From: Amphiscolops sp. MND2022
Lineage: Eukaryota
Direction: 5' to 3'
Assembly (NCBI GenBank): GCA_964187785.1
Contig: OZ076409.1
Coordinates: 12,526,001-12,590,000 of the forward strand
DNA length: 64,000 bases
The notes beneath the pieces are model-generated. The model saw only the letters and a program-made list of their open reading frames with translations, searched no databases and had not been told where the DNA came from. A program made the translations under genes and the position numbers. Shown piece after piece: positions 37,864 to 50,100 of the stretch; the stretch's first letter is position 1, and each line of letters begins with the position of its first letter.

Positions 37864-38238
37864 CAGTGATGTTGTGTCAAATCATTTCAACAAAACAACT
37901 TTTAAACTATTTTTTGCGCATTAGGTTTTTTGTGACCATTTCCTCAAAGTGTTTGAACACAATCGGATGAGTGGTTGGGAGTTCAGAAAAGGTGCAGAAA
38001 CTAAGCATGACTGTCTGGCCTTACTTGAACTCTTGAACCATTTCTGAAATTTGTGTTTGGGACTTTGAGTTTGAACACAGTAATGACAAAACTTTTATTG
38101 TAAAAATTGGTTTAAAAATTAGGTTTTTTAACCGAATCTGTTCAACAGATTGGTTAATGGTTAAAAATGTTCAACAAACCATTTTTAACCCATTTGTTAA
38201 ACCAATGGTTAAAGAAATGGTTCAAATGTACATCACTG
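37864..38238. mobile_element. hAT-like MITE
   Basis: TIR cagtgatgt / acatcactg; 8-bp TSD tgttcaat / cgttcaat; tggtt/aacca subterminal repeats. Confidence 0.7.
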
Positions 38239-38664
38239 CGTTCAATTCGCGTTTAGGTCGCGCGTACTTGAGGTGACGTCGTTTATTTACAAATCATTGC
38301 ATTTTCATTTGAAACAATGTCCTGAGTTTGTTTTTTGGGAAGTGGTAGCAAATTTCAAATTTGAGTTAATTTCCAAATACCGGACGTTGCCTTGGCTAAA
38401 TTTCCACGAGTATACATTTTCAAAAGAAACAGGCTCTGTCAATAATTGCAAGTTTTTCATGTTGCAAAAACTTGGCGCCCTTTGTTTTCTTTTCGGTGCA
38501 GAAGGTGTTTTCATATAAATGGAGTTGTTTTTGAACTGTTAGAGGCGTTGTTTAATGCTCAAAAGGGCTTTGGCAAAGTATCTGTAATCTAATCTACAGA
38601 ATAGGCCTAAATGTGGGTCGGCTGTTTTCCCAGCATGTGAAGATTAACGCAAGTGTTGTTTCAG

Positions 38665-39368
38665 GATTCAATTGACCTTAATTCCACCAGTGCCTCGTCT
38701 TCAGATGGGCTCTCTCTATCTAAACCATGCAGAATGCCCTCCTCCAATGTTATCATGCAGTCGTCCAGTGGGGGCATTTCTTACATTACTTCCAAATCTT
38801 CTAACCAAAATTCCGCCTCCGCTCCAGGGGGCGGGGGCAACTCCTCGGCAGACCAAGAAGACCCAGAGTCAATTATTGATAACCATGTATCGCGTGTCTT
38901 CCGTGACTCAACTCACAGCCCAGTTAACGCCGCCAGGTCCAAAACCCCTGATAAATATTCCACGATGCTCACTCACCAGAAATGTTCCAGTTGTGGACAA
39001 AATACATTCTCACAGACTCTACCTCCAAATTATAGAAATAACCAAATTTTGCAGCCTGGCTTGGGCGTGCCAGTCTCTGGCAGCGGTGTGGGTTTCGGCG
39101 GTCCAGGGGGCATGGGGTCCAAACACGCCAAGCAGATGATGCCCCCCTCAGTGGCTTACGAGAACATGCACCTAGCGATGCAACAGGGGGGCGGGGGCGG
39201 CGGGTCTCACATGTACAGTAAGTCCATGCGCAGTTCAGCCGCCGGACCCCATTCCGCGCATCGCAAGATCATGGCAGAGAGTTCCAGCAGTAAGTCTACC
39301 AGCTCTGGCGTCGACTCCGGAGTTTACGATGCTCAAAGCCTGGGCTCTTCCGACAGCTATGGTGGAAA
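38665..39368 (+). CDS. axin: Axin coding exon 5 (beta-catenin-binding motif)
   Basis: tttcag| and |GTGAGT; DQEDPESIIDNHVSRVFRDS matches EENPESILDEHVQRVLRT. Confidence 0.93.
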
Positions 39369-41194
39369 GTGAGTAGAAAAATTCAAGTTCATTTGCCGCA
39401 CTCGCCATGCGTTTTAAGTGTGCTTTACGAAACATTTTCAAAATTTAAAATTTGATATATCGATACCTTGGACCATGTTTCTTATTTCCCCCAACACGAA
39501 AACAACTTTTATGCTTGGAAGAACTTCTTGGGCAAATGAAAAAAATTGATATGGCTGTAAATATTTAGAGGAATGTCTCTAGAGTTGTTTCGACACTTGC
39601 ATCAAATAATTATCCCCCGACTTCTTGATGTTTTTCTGACAAAAAAGCAAAAATTGGAATAAGCTAAAATTGTATATGATAGCCCCTATGTTAACGCAAA
39701 TTTTCGCAAATGGCTCAATTTCGTTCATTTTTGGTTTTTAGACCATATTTTTTCATTTTTTAATCGCGCGATCTGGACTCAGGAGAGTCTAAAAGCCTAT
39801 CACTCGTCATGTTAGGGAAGTCTTTCATCTATTTCTGTCTGCAATTAAGAATGAAACGTTCGACCCATTTTCAATTAGCTGCTAATCGCGGAGGAGTGCA
39901 ATTGCTATATTTGACATTTTGCGGTCAATGGTCGGCGCAGCCATGCATCTGTTGAACAAAAAAGCCGACTTTGAAAATTAATTGAACACCAGACTTTCAA
40001 TTGAAGTATTCAAAGATTGTTGAATTAGTAACTTTTATATTGGATAAAACATAAATACATGAATTGTCTTAGTAAGCATATTTTCTGTCATATTTTAATC
40101 TGATCACTCTCATGTATAAATTGACAAGCTAATTGGTGTTTTCTTTCGTAGTGCTTTTTTAGTTCAGAAGATTTGGGCTCTTGGCCCTTTTCTGCCGGAG
40201 GAAAAAGACTTAGAACTAAATCAGAAACCTCCAGTTTTCAATTAATTCTCAGGATGACTGTCTAGAATTCTGATACAAACTTTGTTCACACTTTCTCTCC
40301 TTATGAAGTTACACTTTTTGGATTAGGAAATCAACAACTTCATTTCTTGAGTCACAAATACAGTTTTTCGCAACAATCACAGTCAGAATGTGTGAAAAAT
40401 GTTTTGCTGAAACGAAAAACTATTCGAAAGTTGAAACTTTTTAATCACCCCCCCCCCCACTCACACACTTTCCAAGATGATGTTTTTGCAAATAATTATA
40501 GTAACAAAATACTTGAATACAAACCACAATCCTTCAATTTTAAGTGTATTTCCATAGTGACAATTTATAATTTATAACTGAGATACAAACTTTGTTCTCA
40601 CTATTTTCCCTATTCTTTAAAAAGTGTTTGTGTGTGTGTGTGGGGGGGGGGGGGAGGAAAAAGAGCCCGAAAGTTTACTTCCTGTTATGGAAAGAAGTTT
40701 GACTTTTACTTCCGCCAGACTGAAAATGAAAAATTTCTGTAAATCTTTCTCAAAACATTTCTAATGCTGGGGGGGGGGGCAAACAGAAAAGAGCAAGGAT
40801 CGTTCCTAAAAACGATTGTTTTCGAAGCTTCGATGGAATGGCTTGCTTTAAAATGTGAATTCCTTTGATGGTTTTTGATAATATCCCACAACAGACTGCT
40901 TAGTTTGATGAGTCACGTTCTAATCACGGTGAATTGAGCTGATACCACCGAAGCTGTGATATTATCATTGACGAAGTTACTCATCTGAGGAACATTGCAC
41001 TCTAAGTGTTTGAGCTGCCGGTTCCGCTTGAAAAACTTCACACATTGAAAAATCTTGTGCGAACAACTGCCGTTCACACAACAATTTGTGTTTTGAAACT
41101 AACTGGAGCTTGAAAAATTATTTTTTTTTGTTGTGAAGTTGCAACGAATGTTTCAAGGTTTTTATAGATGACGAGAATGTTAATTCATGTTTAG

Positions 41195-41452
41195 ACATGC
41201 GATGGTGACTCAGTGGGTGGAAACTCATCGACAACAGTCTTCATCGCATCAATCTCATCTCACGAAGCCAGAGTTCAACTTGTCAACTGTCTCTCACTCG
41301 AGTGACCCTAACATGCCAGCCCATGGGATGAACGCGGCCATGCCAGGGGTACAACTGGTCCCCTCGGGGGGCGGGGGCAGTAGAAGGGCCATGGGGGGAG
41401 GTGCCAGCGCTTCCCGCACCGGGGGCGGCAGTTCAACCACTGGCCGCCACAG
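41195..41452 (+). CDS. axin: Axin coding exon 6 (may extend to 41551)
   Basis: tttag| acceptor, phase 2; MVTQWVE (cf. KIMQWII) and SDPNMP (cf. QDPTMP); donor ag|GTGGGC at 41453 or ta|GTTAGT at 41552, both phase 2. Confidence 0.82.
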
Positions 41453-41960
41453 GTGGGCTTCCGTTTCTCCAGGACCTCTAAACTCACGCTTTTCAACTTT
41501 ACCATCAGCGACCAACAATGCCATTGCATGCAATCCACAATTAACAATTTAGTTAGTAACACAACCCCGGCTTAACTAACATCATTACCAAGATTTTTAA
41601 GTGGAAATCTTTCCTAAATTTGATCTATTTATTGACTATTCGGTCATTTTTTGAAACCGGTTATGCTAGTGTGATGTTTTTTGCTACTAATAAACTCGCT
41701 AATCTCATTACCAAAATTATATTTAAAATATTTATTCAAGCTTTTTAGTAAATTCTACCGAGTAATTCTGCTCGAGTAACCCTTTGTTTCCCTACACTAA
41801 CTTCAAAATTCATCTAGTATCACCCTACTTTTGACTAAAAAACGATATGCTTTTTCCGTGTCTAATGTTAGGAGATGAAAATTTGTTTTTTTTTGTAATG
41901 CATAGTAAGGTTAGTTTTCCATGCATGAAGAAGTTGGAATGCTATCAATTCCTTTTCCAG

Positions 41961-42536
41961 CAATGCACCCGGTGGAATGAGTGGAAGCGCAGGTGGGGGT
42001 CTAAGTGTGGGGAGCAGTAATCAACTACTAGCTGGCTCCTGCACGCCCTCGTCTCAACCTACTACTCAGGGTCAAGCAACTCAAGCAGCACTGTCGCAAC
42101 AACAGCCGCCGCCGCCGCAGCCTTTGCCACCTCAAGCACACCACCAACTGAGTGGTAGCTCTTCGTCTTCCCACCGCAGATCCCCCGTTTCCTCGGGTCT
42201 GGTCCCCTCGGCGTCTGTCATGGCCGGCACCGTTTCTTCCTCCTCTCAGAACAACACCAACAATTCTTCCTCCTCTCTCGCGGCTGCTGCCAACACATCT
42301 ACGTCATCGGCCCCAGGGGGTCCTTCCAGCGGTGGGGCGGGGGCAGCGTGTTGCAACAGTAGTAGCAGTCCTTCTCAAATTCCGACCTCTCAACCAAACT
42401 CCTCCAACCAGCAACAGCAAACAGTCGTGGCCTATTACTTCTGCAACGAAACCATACCTTACAGAACCACCGTGCCCTACAAAAACGTCACTCTCGGTCA
42501 ATTCAAGGCCCTTCTCACGCGTCGTGGTCGATTCAG
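41961..42536 (+). CDS. axin: Axin coding exon 7 (low complexity, then DIX N-half)
   Basis: ttttccag| and ag|[45 protein letters not shown] is Axin DIX. Confidence 0.95.
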
Positions 42537-42996
42537 GTAATCATCATACCTTGTTGCAGGCTTTTGACATCGCTGATGTTTTCGCTGAACCAATATTTTC
42601 AAAATCGCTGAAATACTTTGATTTCAAGAAGTATGTTTTAAAATAAAATAATAACTTGGTTCAGTTTTTGCGAGAAAAAAGACTAGAATTTTTCATATTG
42701 TGTGTTTTGCAAGGGTAAGAGTTGGAATATTTCGATTTTCATTTTGAAACTCCGTGTATACTCAGAAGAAACATTGAATTTGGACACAATCTATTAGTTG
42801 TCGCTAATTGGAATCGCTTATAAAATCGCTGATTAGCGGTGTCAAAACTCTGCCTTGTTGTTCATAATGTCTGTTGTTTTGGCAATCAACTTTTGCGGTG
42901 TATATTGAAGACTCATATTGTGTCCTTTTTTATAGCTTATCTCTTGCGCTTTTCAAAGTAATAGATACTCTTGAAACCTGAATATGTGTGTTTTAA

Positions 42997-43510
42997 CCTT
43001 AACTTGGCCAATGTGCCAAATTTGGCACATTTTGTTTCTGCAAATTCTTAACGCACCAGCTGATTGTATGGTAAAGCAAAACCTTTAATAAGAGTTTCAG
43101 ACAATATTGCATAGCATTCGGCGCCTTTTCACGGAAAATTGACGTGATGTCTCCAAAACCCAGAAAATGACGCAAAAAAATCAAAAGAAAAATAAGTGCA
43201 GATTTTCCGTTTTCCCAGTTTTCGTTTGTGCCCCTTTTATCCCACTGGTATCAACATTGGGTCAAAGCGTCCCCGGCATGTTTTGAAACATGTTGAAAAG
43301 CAAGCAGAGACACGACGCGTGCAAAGTTTTGGCGCAAAGTTCGGAGCCCCAAGCCCAGCAGTTTAAAAATTGATTTGAAAGCCCCAATGCTCCTCTTTCG
43401 AACGCTGTATAAATCGTTTGTCGGACTTGTATAATTCAGGAGATATTGCGGTTTAAAGTTGAAGCACCTGATTTTTGGATGCAACAAGATTTTTCCTGGC
43501 CAACTTAAGG
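42997..43510. mobile_element. piggyBac-like MITE in Axin intron 7
   Basis: TTAA duplication (42993-42996, 43511-43514); TIR ccttaacttggcca / tggccaacttaagg. Confidence 0.8.
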
Positions 43511-43661
43511 TTAAAGGCGTCCTAAAAATTTCACGTTAAAATTCGAGGCAATGAGACGAATTTTAGTTCAAGAATTGTTAATTCAATTCCATTTGCTTTT
43601 CAGGTGCCAATAAGTGATGTGGTCTTTTTGTTGTTTGTATTCTAATCGAGCTTGTTTTCAG

Positions 43662-43788
43662 GTATTTCTTCAAAATGAGGAGCAATGAGATAGAACTAGG
43701 TGGAGTTGTGCAGCAGGAAATAACTGAAGACGATGACGAGCTTCCACTTTTCGATGGCAAGATAATTGGCAAAATAGAGAAGCAGTGA
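43662..43788 (+). CDS. axin: Axin coding exon 8 (DIX C-half, stop)
   Basis: ttttcag| then YFFKMRSNEIELGGVVQQEITEDDDELPLFDGKIIGKIEKQ* (cf. YYFKK...LPVFEEKIIGKVEKVD). Absent from the ORF track; translated by hand. Confidence 0.95.
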
Positions 43789-45100
43789 CAGTACAAGCAG
43801 CAACACAAAATCTATATCCCTCTAATTGCATCATCCCATTTCTTCTGTCCTCTTTCTCCCAATCAATCTTCTCGCACTAATTGGCAACTGCTAACGTGCA
43901 AGACAAAGACCTAGAAACTGCAGCAGCAGCAGAACAAAACGTGAATAATAAAGATTGATTGACTGACATCAACCATCAACTAAGTGAGCCTACACGACCG
44001 AAGACCATCACACAGACAATTGAGCACACGGACAAAAAAAACAGGAACAAGAGCGACCCCCACGCATTATACCAACTCCTGGTGCATCATCAGCAGCAGC
44101 AATATCACCTTTTTACCCCCAACAACCAAGCGCTGCTACCAACCACCGCCTGTGCTATGCTATGCTTCCTAGTTGACATGTATGACGGGCAAGTACTACT
44201 ACGGGCCAGTTTATTAAATTTGATACAATTGTGGGAAATGGGAGGAGAAATACCATGCGATGACACGACGACATGTCATCTAAACCCCCAAGGGTGCACG
44301 GGTGGACAGGATCAGGAAATGAACAATGTTGGTGCTTCCAAGTTGGAGGAGGAGATCTTGGTAGGAAAACAAGCATCGCTTACTCAAACTGGAGTAGTAG
44401 GCTCCGTTGCCGCGCGCGCACTTTGAACGCAACTGTTTTTATTCACACCGGGCAGGCCCCTCTAAGAGGAGAGGAAAAGACAGGAAGGACGAAAACGAAA
44501 ACAAGCAACAAGAAGAAACGACGTTGAAGAGAGGAAGAGGAAATAGTTGAATAATGATAGTTTTGCTGTTTTAATATTTTACTGTTTTCGATGGTGCAAC
44601 TGTTAGAAATGTTAGCTACTACTAGATGTCGTAAGGTGATGACGTGACATAATAAACGCAACAGCAGCGGCCGCTGACAACGCACAAGGAGGAGGCGAAG
44701 AAAGGAGAAGGAGAAGGAGAAGGATAGATAACAGTGGTATGACTCCGTGGTGGACAGTCGACAAGACAAGGACCTCAAATGGTGGTGACATGATACCTTC
44801 CCACGCAAGCATGGATATACTGCTTGTGTATTCTTTCAATTCCATTTCAACAGACGCCTAATTGTCTTCTCCTTTTTGTTTGTATCCAAATTGCAGCAGC
44901 CCTTTGTGGCATTAATAATCACGTCACACTTTTTCTCATTTTTTCATTTAATATTGTAGTCTGAAATCAGAACAAAATTTTTCTAACAATTACTTTTTAC
45001 AACAGCAACTCAGAACTAGCTACCAAGATTCAATTAGGGGAAGCAAACTGCAGTACTGCTTATGGTAATTGAGGGGAAAAGTACTACCGTAAGTTGGCCT
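43789..45100 (+). other. Probable Axin 3' UTR (end uncertain)
   Basis: TE-free sequence after the stop, with CAG and GA microrepeats; AATAAA near 43947, 44651 and 45435. Confidence 0.5.
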
Positions 45101-47181
45101 ATCTGAATGGTATCCAAGCAACTTGTTTTTAAGCTTTAACAAATGCAGATTTCCCCAATTAGTGACGAAAAATCAATTCGGACCACGCCTTTCTAAATAT
45201 AATCACTCCAAGTCTTTGTGCTATGAGGCGAAGTTCTCGGTTTTAGCGGAAGGAAATTTTTTAAAAAATGTATGAAATGATGCACATGCTTTTCACATGA
45301 TCATGATTTCAGTATTTCAACCGGGAACGTGAGAACCAAACTAGGAATCAAGATTTTACTAAAAATCTGCAACCTGCGAATTACCGTAATATCTTTTCAC
45401 TATCTCAAATAGTCGAAATAATATTAACTAACATAATAAATACATTATACTGAAAGATTCCGCAACGTACAATATACCGTAAACTCTTAAACTCTCTTGA
45501 GTAACTCCAATAGTCCAAATATAGTTAAATAACAGTTAATGAATAGATTTTACCAAAATTCTGCAAATTACCGTAAATTCCAGTATCTCAAATGGTCGAA
45601 AAATAATTTAATAATATTCTAATTTAATAAACTCAATTCAACAAATTAGTTGGTCATGAGCATTTTTCAACTTTGATTTCGGTGTTAAATTATCTTGCAA
45701 ACGAGGACAAGGTAGAGAACTCAAACAACCGCTTTTGAGGCTTCGAGCTTATCACAATTTGTACCTTGTTCCGTTTCTAAACCCAACTATTTAGGGTTAT
45801 AATTACAATTTCTCAGCAGAAGTGAATAAACTTGCCGATAAAACGGATGCGCCATATCCAAACACAAAATGACAACTGTGAAACTGAACGACACAACCCA
45901 ACCGATTTTCTTGTTAACTAGTTTTGTCGAAAATGAATAAATTTTCAACTTTCAAATCCTATTTGTTTAAACGGAATGCGTTTCGTTGAATTCATTTTGC
46001 TCTTTATAAAACCAACAGTTAGTATCTTTCGTGATGAAAAATATAAGACAATCGGGTATTGATATGGTTCGAACCCGGACCATGTCAATTTTGGTCCTTA
46101 TGTTTTATAGCCTTTCAGCGAGCATCCTCTCCATTAGCCTTATGGCACATTTTAAACTTCATGTCGTACTCATGTCACAGTGTCTCCCATTATGTCCAAT
46201 AGAAAAGCATAATCCGGAGAAAAAAGACTGCCACTGTTCCCGACATTGGAAAACTTGGTCGTTCAAAACCGAAAACTCGATTCAGAACCGAAGAAACGAG
46301 AATTGCGCAATGTCGAAGAAACGGCGGATACAAACCGATACAAAATGATTTAATGACGCAGTACAAAAAGAAACAGATTATATAAACGCGTGAGTAAAAT
46401 GCAAGAAAAAGTTTTCCAGGGTCTAGAGAAGATGAGAGCCAGCTGAATAGATAGTTGTATAAAAAAACAGGGTATAAAAAAAGGATAGAATTCAAACGAA
46501 AGAAGTTAACTTCAAAAACTCAGAGTTGTTCTCAAGAGACTAGTGGAATCGAGGTGTATACTCGGCAGCGGAAAACGAGAGTTCACAGACAGTGGACTTA
46601 ATGATGACTTCAGCACAGCAAAAGATTGGAAGAAAATGTTTCAGAGAGTATAGTATCGTGGCCGTTAATTGGTGATAAAGACTGTCAATTTATCCAGCCT
46701 ATATATTTTTATTCAGCGTATTTCAGTAGAATTGTTTCCCCTGAGATAACAGAATGTATGTGTAGTGGACACTTTCTACAGAACAACTAAACTGCGGGAC
46801 CGGCAAGCAAAAACGCATCTAAGTTTGCGCAGAGGGTTCCCCTTTTCATTTATTCCATTTTAACGCATGATACAAAACCGGCAAGACTAAAGGGTCCCCC
46901 ATTTAGATTTTTTTCGGCGCTGTGAGAGTTTTTACCGAAAGTTTTTAATAGTCTCCAAAGGGTCCTCTTCAATTGTGTTTTGATAATTTGCAACAAATTG
47001 TGTGTTAAAAATCCCAAATGATCCCCTTTTCACAATTTTCGGTATTAGGAGAATTGATCATTTTTGTCTTAAAACTAGGTTTCATCAGTGGCTCAGCGAG
47101 CTATCCGAGCGTTTGATTTATATCAGAAGTAAGTTGTGTTCATTAAAGGAGTGGTTGAGGGGAAGTTTGAATATATGCGCT

Positions 47182-50100
47182 TGTTATACGGTTCATCCGT
47201 CTAGTTGACCTCTACCGTATTTTCAGCTTACCAACATAGTCTGAAACTATAGACCTTACGAGTTGTTAGTGAACAAACTCAAAAAACAGTTTAGATTGGA
47301 TATATCAAGTTACTAAATTGAAAGTACTATATTTTCTACTCTTTTCCGCTTCATAGATACCTTAGTCTTAGAGTACAACATGGCGCAGTCAGCCAATTTT
47401 GAAACTGAACAAAATTTTTATGGCTGAGAAAAACATAGTACCGAACCTAGAAGCAAAGGCATCGGACGGAAATGCGGTGTTCACACCTAGACAGTGGTTA
47501 GAACGATTACGGCAGTTTACGAAACGGAATCATTAAACAGACATCACATAACTAATAAAAGGACAAGATATCACAGAAAAGAAAAACTCATCCAAGAAGA
47601 TTTCATTTGGGGAGTGGGACCTGGAGCATTGTACCAAATAACCCGAGCCGAATATCTCGGAAACGGCCAGTATCAAAACCGAAGACTTGATCCGGTTATT
47701 CAATGAGTACTACTTACCGAAACGCAACACTTACCATAACCGCGGAGATGTCTTTTGAGCAAAACAAACAGAAAAAGAAACACCCGAAGAATTCTGGAGA
47801 AGACCCATTGAAATCAAGAAAGAATGCAATTTCAACACAATTTCAGCCGAAGAACTGCTGATACCAAAAAATAAGTCAGCAATCACCGACAAAGAACTAC
47901 GGGTAAAATTGATGAAAGAAAAAGCACTAGAACTGAAAAAGACGATCGAACTAATCAAACAAAACACCTATGAAAAGAAGAACAAGAAAAACACAATACT
48001 GGAGAAACTAATTCTGGCAAAAGAAAAACAAGTGATAAAAGAAGAACCGATACAAAGAATGGAAAGATTCGGTGTGAGACCAAAAATCAGACCGACAGGT
48101 AATAGACCTTGCAGATTTTGCCGGGCACCGAACTGGACACCAATACACGAGTGTCCAGCGATAGAAACAAATTGCAACAAATGTGGGAAAAGATGACACT
48201 ATGCGAAAGTGTGCAGACAAAAATATACAATTAACCGAGCAGTGAAAAAACTAACCGAAGAGGAAACTGATGACCGAAATGAAAAATCAAGTGAATCAGA
48301 CGAAAGAATTCGCCATATCAAAAAAATCAAGAAAATTGAAGAGAAAAGCAAACACTACACGGCCACAGTAAAAACATACGGGATAAAGAAAGAATTCATA
48401 ATCGACACTGATCACCAATGACGATAATGCCGCCAGTCGAGAAAATCTTAAAATCAACCGGAATACAGGAAATTACAAACAGATACCAAGACGTAAACAA
48501 AAATGAAAAAAATTCCGATTGAAAATTCTGGTCAACCTAGAATACTAGAACAACAAACAAAAACGGAAAATTTGATATCCGAAAGAACAGAAATAACACC
48601 ATTTCTCGGTATGGACTGGATGAAGAAATTTCAATTAGCAATAGGTAGAATTCAATTGGCTGAGATTAGCTAATCAGAACGTGAGAAAGTATTCAACAGA
48701 TTCCCGGACTTGTTCGAGAATAACGAAACGACAAAAGATTTCGAGATAAACATCCAGTTGGAACCAGGACACAACTCAAAAATCAAAAAGTCCGACTGGT
48801 ACCTCTACATCGACAAGAAAACGTGGGACGTGAGTTAGAGAAATTGATCAATTCCGGACAATTAAAAAATAAACGACGTGGATGAAGACTGTTTCGTATC
48901 ACCGGTGGTAATATTCGTAAAAAGTGATAAATCGGTAAATATAGCATCAGACTCACGGAACCTAAGCAACAGCTATATCAAAATAAGACCGCACATGCCA
49001 AATGTTGAAGAAATATCGAACCAGTGTTCGGTAGATATTACACGCGACCGAACAATGCAGTCATTCATATCCAAAATAGACATGACTACGCATATAACAA
49101 AAGAAATTATCCCAAGAGACAAGCCGACATTGCGTATTCGCAATCATCGGAAGAAAATTTAGCGGATATAACCTATTCGAAAAGGGTTCTACGGTCTTAT
49201 CTCATTATGTCCAAAACATTTCAGGAAAAAATCGACCGTAGACTCGAATACAGTACTCTGGCTTGACTTGACGACTCAATTGTTATGACCCGGGGAAGTA
49301 AACAAGATCACGAGAAAAAACTATTTGACATCTTGAATTAATTGGAAAAGGCCGGATACCGGGTAAGTGAAAGAAAATCCAATTACTTCATGAGCCAAAC
49401 AAAATGGCTAAAACGACGAAAGCGGAATCAAACCGAACGAAGAAGAAGTGGAAGCAATAATACGATGAAAACGACCGGAAAATACAAAAGAACTAAAATA
49501 ACTTCTCAAGGCGATACAATACATGGCAAAATTTCTTCCGAAACGCTCGGAACAAACATACGTACTGAGAAAATTACTGGAAAAAATTGAACTATGGATA
49601 TGGGGAGACGAACAACCAAAACACTTCGGAAAGGTATAACAGATGTTAACCGAAAGACCATGTCTAGCACAATATGCGAAAGTCAAAGACAACATAGTAA
49701 GAGTGGAAGCTAGCACGACTGGACTCGGAACAATATTATGGCAAATCCAAGATGACTGAAACACAAAACCGATAGGATTCGGTAACAGATATTTACATGA
49801 GACCGAAAAGAAATTTTCCATTGGTAAGCTAGAAATATTAGCAGTAGTTTGGGGATGAGAGAAATTCCGATTTTACCTCAATGGAAAAAAGTACAATTAT
49901 CTACGGATCATCAAGTCTAAGAACCATTATTTAAACGGAATCTATTTAATAAACAATATAGCGCGAGATTAACACGGTGGTTGGACCGATTAACACACTT
50001 TGACATATCAATACAACATATTGTCGGTAGAAATTTGAAATATACAGATTATCTTAGCAGACAACCGGTAGGAAGTGCCACGTCGGAAGAAAATGACGAT

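Larger units (their letters stand above)
9357..43788 (+). other. axin: Axin gene, coding span of 8 exons; 1108 aa (1141 aa with the distal exon-6 donor)
   Basis: All introns are GT-AG with matching phases (2,2,0,0,2,2,2). Exon lengths 1175+174+133+180+704+258+576+127 = 3327 nt form an open frame. Domain order RGS, GSK3-binding, beta-catenin-binding, DIX is diagnostic of Axin. Confidence 0.95.

Noticed and set aside
43959..44808. 155-aa and 121-aa ORFs after the Axin stop
   Set aside because: Low-complexity 3' UTR sequence with no homology signal.
46200..46750. Possible retroelement 3' end or solo LTR
   Set aside because: Suggestive composition, but no partner LTR, TSD or domain could be fixed.
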